A DNA stretch of 63,965 bases, filler included, from Lenisia limosa (Eukaryota > Protista > Breviatea), in NCBI GenBank assembly GCA_001655205.1. It is 10 parts of 10 records of this genome, joined end to end, with 100 filler letters (N's around TTAATTAATTAA, not from the genome) between each part and the next. Parts side by side here need not be neighbours in the genome. Positions count along the whole stretch, not along the records: positions 46,545 to 51,055 come from LPNZ01011625.1; positions 51,156 to 52,645 come from LPNZ01004243.1; positions 52,746 to 53,846 come from LPNZ01003844.1; positions 53,947 to 56,934 come from LPNZ01004291.1; positions 57,035 to 58,293 come from LPNZ01008532.1; positions 58,394 to 61,256 come from LPNZ01007294.1; 4 more parts are not named here. One strand, written 5' to 3'. Of this stretch, positions 49,451 through 58,809 are shown in pieces (the stretch's first letter is position 1; every line of letters starts with the position of its first letter). Both the position numbers and the translations under genes were made by a program. The notes below the pieces were generated by a model, which saw nothing but the letters and a program-made list of their open reading frames with translations, did not search any database and was not told where the DNA came from.

Positions 49451-50992
49451 CTATGACCGTTTTGAGAAGAAAGAGGCAATGGACTGGTTTTTCTTCTTGC
49501 CCTTGTCCACAATCGTTTTTTTGGGTTTCGAAGCCGCGACAGATGACGGGGCTACATCGTCACACAAATTATACCAGTGATTAAAATGAGAGAGAGAGGG
49601 GGGGTAATGAATATACAAAGGTTTGGACTGGTAAATAAAAAAGGAAACAACATCATTCCCACTCATTCCCACTCTTTTTCAGGGGTACAGGCCGAGGCTG
49701 GGACACTGGAGCGTGCGGCAACTCACTCTCATCAATCTCAACTTCAACTTCCATCCATACTGTGTGGTTAAAATAATGATGAGCATTTTTGACAGGTTGA
49801 GTTGGGAAATGAAACAATTTTCTTTTGTCTGCTGATTCCAAAATACAAGATGATCGAATACTTCTCGTTTCTACACATCACGAAATCTAACCTTTCATTC
49901 CTTTGTCGTTAGTCACACGTTTACGTTCCATACGCGTGCGTTTTTCTACAGAGATTATTACAAACAAGGAAGGCACTACACAAGGAGACAGTAGCAAAAC
50001 TGCTGTTTTACTGAATATTGCGCAATCACTTATTGCTCGTGAAATACGACAACATTTGTATTAGACGGTTTACCAACAATACATGGTATGTACCTATCAC
50101 ATAATTCTATTAATATTACCTTATCTAAACTCCAAAATATCAAACCCTCCATACTTGTTGCAGAAATTTGAGGCATATCCTGTACAGCAAGGTTCTTAGG
50201 TGTTTCCTCATTTGTCTTTTGTTCCTGCTCTTCCACCTTCTTTGCTTCTTGCTTCTTTTTAGCAGCCTCCTTCTTGCGCTCTTTCTCTGCCTGAAAAGTC
50301 AGAATAAATAAAAACTGGCATTTGGTAAAACTCAAATTAATAATTTAGTAGTACTATATACTGTATATGATATATTATACATGTAACATATGATAAAATG
50401 TATTGCAGTCATGGTAGTTTCGGATAACAGCGAACCCACTTCAATGGCGACTAAACGGGCAGCTTCGATTTGTCTATCTCTCTCTTCTTCCTCTTCCATC
50501 TGAGGGTAAATGATGTATCAACAAATGGCTTATAGGGGGGGGGGGGGNNNNNNNNNNNNNNNNNNNNNNNNNNNNNNNNNNNNNNNNNNNNNNNNNNNNN
50601 NNNNNNNNNNNNNNNNNNNNNNNNNNNNNNNNCTTTCTTCTCTCTTCCTCCTCCTTCAGCCGTTCCTCTTCTTCGTTGACTTCATCTTCATCCTCATCCG
50701 ATTCCGACACAATGACCCTGTTGCGGCTGCTGATGCCCTTCTCAAGATTCTCGGACATTTCAAGAAGAGAGCTTTTCTTCTTTTTTGCGGGGGGCGCGGC
50801 AGCTGAGGGGGAAGATGAGTTGTTTTTTTTGCTGTGTAGAAAAAGAAGACTATACACTGCGTTGTGTCTTTATATCCTTACCGTAATCTCGCATACACAT
50901 ACAATGATTGAAAAAAATTCCCACCTGGAGTGGGGGCTGAACGAGCTGCTTTCTCGGATGGCTTTGCTGACAGTGACATTCCAGCTGAGGCT
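49451..50992 (-). CDS. POLD3: DNA polymerase delta subunit 3 (p66/Cdc27/Pol32), 5'-truncated
   Basis: Charged low-complexity body, RNRVIVSESDEDED, KRTRMERKRVTNDKGMKVWMEVEVE, and C-terminal PIP box KKKNQSIASFFSKRS* (QxxIxxFF). Confidence 0.75.
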
Positions 50993-51055
50993 GTAAATAA
51001 TTTGTACATAGGCCATAATGAATTATTTAGGTAAATATGACATTCATTGTTATGA

Positions 51056-51155
51056 NNNNNNNNNNNNNNNNNNNNNNNNNNNNNNNNNNNNNNNNNNNNT
51101 TAATTAATTAANNNNNNNNNNNNNNNNNNNNNNNNNNNNNNNNNNNNNNNNNNNN
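51056..51155. other. Artificial contig-joining spacer 3
   Basis: Same 100-nt linker. Confidence 0.97.
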
Positions 51156-51326
51156 AAATATACATGTGGTATATGTATAATACTATATGTAGCTACATCT
51201 TTATGTGTGTATGCGTGAGGGTTGTAATAAGTATATAATATGATCTGAAATATTCGTTTCGTGATTAGTATCTTTACGGGAATTTTTTTTCTCAAAATTT
51301 CCTTCGTTTCACCCTCCCCCTCTTAG

Positions 51327-51865
51327 GATCTCGGCAGGAGTCTTGCCAGCCACCCCAGCCTGGAACTGAAGGAAGAAATGGAACCTGCTGATTTCGATAA
51401 TATGAGTTCTGAGGAACTGAAAAGCGAAGCGGTGGGAGAGGGGGGATCCCTATCATAATTGCACATTATACTGTGACCGGGATAAGTCTTGACCGATTTT
51501 CCTTGGGATATGATATCAAATCGGTCAAGACTTATCCCGATCAGTGTATAGTATATAATATCTATATTATATATATGATATACTATAATATAGCAATGAG
51601 AAATAAAAATANNNNNNNNNNACTAATGACAGTATTTTATTTTGTACTTCTTGTAATTAATAGAAAGTGAAACCTAGTGTAACATCAATTCCATTTCAGA
51701 CACTTTAATCAATTAATTGCACCCAGTTTTATCTGTAATAGGTTGTTGGACAGTTAAATTTGGGCATGCAAAATTGCTCATATTTTAGGTCAAAGCTTTG
51801 GCCGGACGTTCACTGGAGCTGATGGAAAACGGGCAATATAAGAGTGCTCTCGAGGACGTTCGGTG
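51327..51865 (+). CDS. Two isolated exons of an unidentified gene (one TPR-like)
   Basis: AG/GT bounded exons, including VKALAGRSLELMENGQYKSALEDV. Confidence 0.3.
51471..51545. mobile_element. 75-nt Tc1/mariner-like MITE (family B), complete copy
   Basis: Perfect 22-nt inverted repeat CGGGATAAGTCTTGACCGATTT (51478-51499 / 51518-51539), TA on both flanks; solo arm TA-CAGTGACCGGGATAAGTCTTGACCGAT at 27790-27816; partial arm at 60281-60301. Confidence 0.75.
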
Positions 51866-52645
51866 AGCTGCATGGGGGGTATGACGTCTTTGTACGTCTC
51901 ATATGATACTCTTTATTTTATCTTTGTTAAAAATTAGGAAATATCATTTGAAAATTGATATTTATGGGTGTTAGGACAAATATACTGTATTACTAAGATA
52001 TAATGCAAAGCTGTGTGCACGGAGTTGTATAACAGCTTCCCTCACCGGAGTCAAATAGGTACAATTACGGCCTCACTTTGGTTCGAAAAAAGACTGAATA
52101 TCTCGATAAATACTCGAAATATCGGTATTTTCGAACCCAAAAAGGGAGATCANNNNNNNNNNNNNNNNNNNNNNNNNNNNNNNNNNNNNNNNNNNNNNNN
52201 NNNNNNNNNNNNNNNNNNNNNNNNNNNNNNNNNNNNNNNNNNNNNNNNNNNNNNNNNNNNNNNNNNNNNNNNNNNNNNNNNNNNNNNNNNNNNNNNNNNN
52301 NNNNNNNNNNNNNNNNNNNNNNNNNNNNNNNNNNNNNNNNNNNNNNNNNNNNNNNNNNNNNNNNNNNNNNNNNNNNNNNNNNNNNNNNNNNNNNNNNNNN
52401 NNNNNNNNNNNNNNNNNNNNNNNNNNNNNNNNNNNNNNNNNNNNNNNNNNNNNNNNNNNNNNNNNNNNNNNNNNNNNNNNNNNNNNNNNNNNNNNNNNNN
52501 NNNNCCTGGAAGCGGACAAGCCCCATGGATATGTTGCAAGGGGTAAGGGGGCGGTGGTAGTCAAATATACATCGATATGTATAATAATCTATCATATACA
52601 TAAAAGCTGTGTGCACAGAGTTGCCCCATGGATAGGTTGCTAGGG

Positions 52646-52745
52646 NNNNNNNNNNNNNNNNNNNNNNNNNNNNNNNNNNNNNNNNNNNNTTAATTAATTA
52701 ANNNNNNNNNNNNNNNNNNNNNNNNNNNNNNNNNNNNNNNNNNNN
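52646..52745. other. Artificial contig-joining spacer 4
   Basis: Same 100-nt linker. Confidence 0.97.
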
Positions 52746-52847
52746 AGCCCCCTCATACCATACGCCGCTTTCAAGTACCACCGTCGGGCACTACACGGTC
52801 AAAACGAAATACGGTTGAAAATTATCAAATCAAGAGTTCTGCTCTTT

Positions 52848-52940
52848 GGGCTTCACTGCAGTCCGAAAAAGAACGGTAAAATATCGAGTTTTCGAAGATT
52901 TATCGTGAAATTCTTCTTTTTCGAACCGAAGTGAAGGCCT
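52848..52940. mobile_element. MITE family A copy; more decayed copies at 1539-1610, 52070-52140, 53315-53360, 53440-53510, 58755-58794, 59340-59421
   Basis: GGGCTTCACTGCAGTCCGAAAAAG...TTCGAACCGAAGTGAAGGCC. Confidence 0.7.
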
Positions 52941-53149
52941 CATCATATGTCTGTCATCCCCACCCACAACAACACACGCATTGTCTATCACGTGCTGTTC
53001 GCAAAGTGTCGCAACGATGCCATTACACGTGTGTTTTGCGGGACATGCTGGGAGGGGGGGGGGTAAAATTGCAAAATTTATGAAACATAAAAAAAAATTT
53101 AACTCTTGGCTAATAACGCACGAGGATTGAGAACAACAAAACACTACAT

Positions 53150-53276
53150 TTTCCATTCTCTCCTATCCCCCCACGAAGACAGGCTGGGAGCTCCTTATCA
53201 ACACCGGGGCTGACAGCGTAGTTGAATTTGTAGGGGAAGTAGGTGGAGCGATAGTAGGTCGCGGGACAGGCATCAA
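53150..53276 (-). CDS. Isolated exon of an unidentified gene
   Basis: AG|VDACPATYYRSTYFPYKFNYAVSPGVDKELPACLR. Confidence 0.3.
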
Positions 53277-53846
53277 CCTTGGTAGAATGAGAAGTACAGA
53301 AATGATGACTTGGGCTTCCCTATGTTCCCAAAAAAGATTGAATTTCTCGATAAATCCTCGATTGAAACGAGATATAAGAAGTTACAATCAAGTTTATAGC
53401 GTGTTGAAATAAAAAAATAATAAGAACCCCTCTTCAGTAATCTGACCTTCCCCTTTTTTTTTCGGTTAAAAAAAATGAATTCTCGATATCGGTGGGACCA
53501 GAGTGAAGCCCAAGGAAGATTCGTGATTGCTACCTTTTAATCTCAAGTAAGATTCGTGATTGCTCCCTTTTAATATTCTTCATCGAAATTTCCTTCGCAT
53601 ACCACCACCCCCCCTCCCAAGATATCAAAGAGAGAAATGCCCCGGCGTATCGCCATCTTATTCCCATCAACCCTTCCCACACTCCTAAATATAGAGCAAT
53701 GAATAAAAATAATAAGGTTGTATCTCGCCGAAGCCGTCCACACCGTCACGCTGAAAGAGATATTCGATTATAGTATAATATTAATTCACCCAATCATTTA
53801 CCTTACAACTCTGTACACCCAGCTTTCTGGATGCCCCCCCCCCCCC

Positions 53847-53946
53847 NNNNNNNNNNNNNNNNNNNNNNNNNNNNNNNNNNNNNNNNNNNNTTAATTAATT
53901 AANNNNNNNNNNNNNNNNNNNNNNNNNNNNNNNNNNNNNNNNNNNN
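53847..53946. other. Artificial contig-joining spacer 5
   Basis: Same 100-nt linker. Confidence 0.97.
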
Positions 53947-54815
53947 CGCTACTTTACTGGATATTTGCATGACGTTGCAGTCTTCAGCTGAAGATGCACT
54001 CTTCACTACGTATTCGAGAGCTTTCGATGCAAAACATGAAGTAGGGGCGGCGGTATTTGCAAGCACTACTTCCATACATACATATATATATTTCCAGTAC
54101 TGGATGGGATGCGGTACAGAAGCGACTGGCCTGGGTTTTGTTTGCTGGAGTGATGTGATTTGGTGCTACAGAAGCCACCACCTGGGCCTTGTTTGTTGTG
54201 TTGTTGTGTATTTCTGTCACAGGGATGATTTTCTGTTTCATAAATTTTCCTATTTTGTACGCTGGAGTGATGGGATGCAGTGCTACAGAAGCGACTCCTG
54301 GGCTTTGTTTGTTAACCCTCGTGTGTTGAGCCAATATAGTTGATTTGTTTCATAAATTTTCCAATTTTACTCCCTCCCCCCCAGATAGCCACCCTGGTTC
54401 CGAACATGCAGCGACAAGGGGTGTTTATATCGCGGTATATCCAATCCCAGCGCCCGCCCTCTGGGATTGACACCCCCACCAAGGCTCTCAGGTTGGGGGG
54501 GGGGGGGGGNNNNNNNNNNNNNNNNNNNNNNNNNNNNNNNNNNNNNNNNNNNNNNNNNNNNNNNNNNNNNNNNNNNNNNNNNNNNNNNNNNNNNNNNNNN
54601 NNNNNAACAATAAAAAAAACTCACAATCAACATTGAGTGGTGGGGGAATAACGGTCTCACCTGTAAAAAAAAAGTTGTTTTTGGAGATTCTTTTTTCTTT
54701 CCAATTCCCACTTTTAACGGCCTCAGATTTGTTTCGCTCATCCCGTTCCTCAGTGATGCAACTAGTTTTGTCGGACGTGGAGGTAGGTACTTCATATATA
54801 TTGGGGGTGCTATTA

Positions 54816-54910
54816 GGGCTTCACTTCGGTTCGAAAAGACCGTCAAAATATCGATAGTTTTCGAGGTTTTATGGAGAAATTCAGTCTTTGCTCGAACCGA
54901 AGTGAAGCCC
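54816..54910. mobile_element. 95-nt MITE (family A), best-preserved copy
   Basis: Perfect 19-nt TIR GGGCTTCACTTCGGTTCGA, extendable to about 25 nt; TA on both sides. Confidence 0.85.
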
Positions 54911-55129
54911 TAGTACTGCATATACATGTACTATACATATGTATATTGGGGGTGTTACATACATATACATAGTATGTTGGGGAGGCACGAAGAAAGCTGT
55001 GTACACAGAGGTGAGACAAATGATTGGGTGAATTAATATGATACTATAATTCAATATCTCTTAAAAGCGTGATGATACGACCTTGTTTTTTTTTTATTTA
55101 TTCCTCATTGCTAGATGTATATATGGGGG

Positions 55130-56611
55130 TATTGATACGGAGCACCCCAGCCGAATTTCCCGATTCATTTCACAAAACATACTCTTGGGACTCTCTGTGC
55201 AACTAAATGTTTCAGTAGAATTGGATAGTTTGACATTCAAGTGTCTGGTCAGACTGACAATGGTTTTTGTGTCGATAAACGCGATAAATCCCAAATAAAC
55301 CCTGATAATTCCTGGTATACCCCGACAAACCCTGTCCCTCAGACATTTGGAGCACGTCAGCGGAGTTCCTTGAGATCCGTGCCGGAGATTGGGAGGAGCA
55401 CGCCATCCTGCTGGTCAACTACTTCCTCTTCCTCGGCCTGGAGGCGTACCTGGTTTTGGTGAGAGGGGGGGGGGGGTCTTAATCTAATGAGAAACATGGC
55501 CCCTNNNNNNNNNNNNNNNNNNNNNNNNNNNNNNNNNNNNNNNNNNNNNNNTGATAAAAATGGTGTCTTTATGAACACAAAAATAGGTGGGAGGGTATTG
55601 CGTTTGTTGATGTTTTTTTTTTTTCTGTACTACCAAGCGATTTGATCCTTTGAATAGTTTTGTTCTCACACCCTAGGGCAAAGGCACTCCGGAAGGCGAT
55701 ACCGCCTATGCATTAACTCGAAATAGCGAGGACGGTGAATTCACTTTATGGAACGCTTCCACAGGAATGTGGTGGACGGCAACAGACACGTCTTGTCCTC
55801 TGCAGGAGGTTCATCTCCTGGCCAATATGGATAATGTGAGCTGGCGTGTAGCTAATGTAGCTAATGCAAACAAAAATGTTAATCGTTTGTAGATCCTTAT
55901 TATATTATTATTATGATTTCAAATTCGCAAATTCCGTTTAGATTTTGAAATATGTATTTGTTTCATTATTTTGCTTGCATGTCCTCCCCACCTTTTTTAT
56001 TTTATTTTGCTACCCAAGATTTCTAATGTCGATTGTATTCCTCTTGTTCAAAAAACAAGAAAAAAAAAAGTTTATCACTCNNNNNNNNNNNNNNNNNNNN
56101 NNNNNNNNNNNNNNNNNNNNNNNNNNNNNNNNNNNNNNNNNNNNNNNNNNNNNNNNNNNNNNNNNNNNNNNNNNNNNNNNNNNNNNNNNNNNNNNNNNNN
56201 NNNNNNNNNACCTTCGCGTCAGCAACGAAAAGGGCTGGAACCCCTTCTTTACTGAGAAGTTTGGCAAGCCGTCCACAATGACAACTCTCCAGGTTGGAGA
56301 TGAACTGAACTGAATGGGTCATCCAGTTATAACAGTACAATCATGTCTTCACACATCATCCGTTCGTCTTTAGTCTTTACCTGCACTCCCCCCCCCCCCN
56401 NNNNNNNNNNNNNNNNNNNNNNNNNNNNNNNNNNNNNNNNNNNNNNNNNNNNNNNNNNNNNNNNNNNNNNNNNNNNNNNNNNNNNNNNNNNNNNNNNNNN
56501 NNNNNNNNNNNNNNNNNNNNNNNNNNNNNNNNNNNNNNNNNNNNNNNNNNNNNNNNNNNNTATTCGAGCTATTGAGAGCTGTCGCCGCCGCTTTGTGACC
56601 AGATGGAACAG
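55130..56611 (+). CDS. CC2D2A: CC2D2A/MKS6 ciliary transition-zone protein, C-terminal fragment
   Basis: [81 protein letters not shown] match the recalled CC2D2A C-terminus ([38 protein letters not shown], TRWNR). Confidence 0.85.
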
Positions 56612-56629
56612 GTGAGTTGTTAGGGCTGA

Positions 56630-56716
56630 GGGCTTCACTTCGGTTCGAAAAAGACTGGATTTCTCGATTCATCCGAAAAAAATCGATATGTCTGTTTCGA
56701 ACTGAAGTGGAGACCT
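56630..56716. mobile_element. MITE family A copy, in a CC2D2A intron
   Basis: GGGCTTCACTTCGGTTCGAAAAAGACTGG...TTCGAACTGAAGTGGAGACC. Confidence 0.75.
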
Positions 56717-56934
56717 AGTTAAGGCTTCGAGGTATAAGGGAACTCAAGTCTAGATGAATATTAGTACTCCAACAATGTGTATGGGTTCTAGTCCCACCTA
56801 GCATACACTTGTTACAAGGGGGTCAATTTAATCGTTATATTCAATAACTGGATTTTGACTGTTTGCGACCCCTCCACCCCACCTAATAACCCCCCTCGCT
56901 GGAGTGATGGGATGCGGTGTTGCAGAAGCGACTG

Positions 56935-57034
56935 NNNNNNNNNNNNNNNNNNNNNNNNNNNNNNNNNNNNNNNNNNNNTTAATTAATTAANNNNNNNNNN
57001 NNNNNNNNNNNNNNNNNNNNNNNNNNNNNNNNNN
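56935..57034. other. Artificial contig-joining spacer 6
   Basis: Same 100-nt linker. Confidence 0.97.
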
Positions 57035-57173
57035 CTATTCACCCAAGCATAACCACCACCATTATCACTTCCCACCAGCAACATCATTCACAACTCTCCG
57101 CCATATTAACATTCTCAGTAACACCAACATCATCATTTACCCATCAACATCATCATCCTAACACCCCAATTAG

Positions 57174-57905
57174 GCTATTGGAGCGGTTCTTGGCATTGCC
57201 GTCATTGGCGGCGCGGCCGTAGTACTCATGAAGAAGGACAGAAAGCCCAAGAACAAGACCCTTGGAACTTTCGAGATCGTATGGGGGTATTATCTTTTTA
57301 GTGGGGAGAGGGGGTAAAGCGGCTGAGCGTCTGGACTGGCTTGGTTTGTTTTGTNNNNNNNNNNNNNNNNNNNNNNNNNNNNNNNNNNNNNNNNNNNNNN
57401 NNNNNNNNNNNNNNNNNNNNNNNNNNNCCCTGTGTTGTCAGCCAACAGAGTTTATTTGGGCATTTTTTTTTTGTTTGTTTGTAAGGATGTTTCATTATGT
57501 ATTATGATACATCATATAAAAAGGGATTATCGAAGGAAACGTTACCATGTATCACCACTAATTCCAATTTTACTCTCCCCTTAGAATGAAGAAGCCATGA
57601 CCGACTTTGACACCTCCAACACGACTAGTACCATGGGCTTTGATAGTTGGCGGATACGGTGGAGATCAACCTTGTTTTAGTTATCATTGCTATACCTCCC
57701 TTCCCACACAAACACCTTCATACATAATGTATGTACATCCTCCAATTTACCCCCACAGAGTTTTTGGGGTTTTATTTTTTTGTTTCATATATTCCCAATT
57801 TACCCTTCCCGCAGCCGTCCATGTCCCAGAACCCCGTAGACCGCCACCAGTGCGTCGTCCCCCTCCCTCTGCTGTTCCCGCTGCTGGTTGGAAGGAGGAT
57901 GGTGC
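57174..57905 (+). CDS. C-terminal fragment of a single-pass membrane protein with Pro-rich cytoplasmic tail
   Basis: AIGAVLGIAVIGGAAVVLMKKDRKPK (TM plus basic stop-transfer), then PEPRRPPPVRRPPPS. Confidence 0.5.
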
Positions 57906-58024
57906 TGTCTTGTTTTACTATTATTATGTCTTTTTTTATGATTATTTTTTTGTTTTTTGGAGGAGGGGGACTCTCTTATTTTACTATCCCTTTCTTATAC
58001 CAACTCCACCCCTCCGCATTGCAG

Positions 58025-58293
58025 AAGCTGGAGTGATGGGATACGGTGCTGCAGAAGCGACTGGGCTGGGCTTTGTTTTGTTGTTATCAACCCTCGTGTG
58101 TAGTCAGCCAACAGAGTTGATTTTGGACTTTTTTTTTATTATTATTATTTTTTATTATTATTATTTTTTTTCTCATAAATTTTCCAGTATTGTTCATCGA
58201 AATTTCCTGTTATTGCTTGTTTTTTGTTTTTGCTTGGAGTTTCAGATTATTCGATTCGTGATTAGTACCTTTACGCCAATATTCTTCATCGAA
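58025..58293 (+). repeat. Composite dispersed repeat (family D), longest visible copy; about 15 or more partial copies between 31860 and 62720
   Basis: Blocks GCTGGAGTGATGGGATRCGGTGYTGCAGAAGCGACTG, CTGGGCTTTG, AACCCTCGTGTGTTRTCAGCCAACAGAGTTGATTTTGGGC, TTTCATAAATTTTCC, GTTTCAGATTATTCGWTTCGTGATTAGTAC..TTCTTCATCGAAATTTCC recur on both strands. Confidence 0.85.
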
Positions 58294-58393
58294 NNNNNNN
58301 NNNNNNNNNNNNNNNNNNNNNNNNNNNNNNNNNNNNNTTAATTAATTAANNNNNNNNNNNNNNNNNNNNNNNNNNNNNNNNNNNNNNNNNNNN
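58294..58393. other. Artificial contig-joining spacer 7
   Basis: Same 100-nt linker. Confidence 0.97.
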
Positions 58394-58809
58394 AGGAAAA
58401 GTCCGCTCGCGTTGCTCAGAGAAAATTCTCCTTCTGTACTATCCCCCTCTACCCTCTCTGTAACCAGAATAATTAATCAATACCCAACTATCACCCGCCT
58501 CTCTCATACACAGACACCCCTATGTATTGATTTGTTTCCATTGATTTCTAATGTCATGGACATATTCAAAAAATAACGAAAATATATTATTCGAACAGTT
58601 ACACATTTTTTCTTAAGCCTGTAAATAACAATCCACCCCACNNNNNNNNNNNNNNNNNNNNNNNNNNNNNNNNNNNNNNNNNNNNNNNNNNNNNNNNNNN
58701 NNNNNNNNNNNNNNNNNNNNNNNNNNNNNNNNNNNNNNNNNNNNNNNNNNNNNGATTCAAGAAATTCAGTCTTTTTTGAACCGAAGTGAAGCCTCCCCCC
58801 CCCCCTTAC

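Noticed and set aside
54816-54910. tRNA-derived SINE because of GGTTCGA (B-box-like)
   Set aside because: The motif is part of a symmetric terminal inverted repeat; no A box, cloverleaf or A-rich tail.
57607-58341. 244-aa hydrophobic ORF as a membrane protein
   Set aside because: Built from T-rich introns and repeat family D; only short internal exons are plausibly coding.
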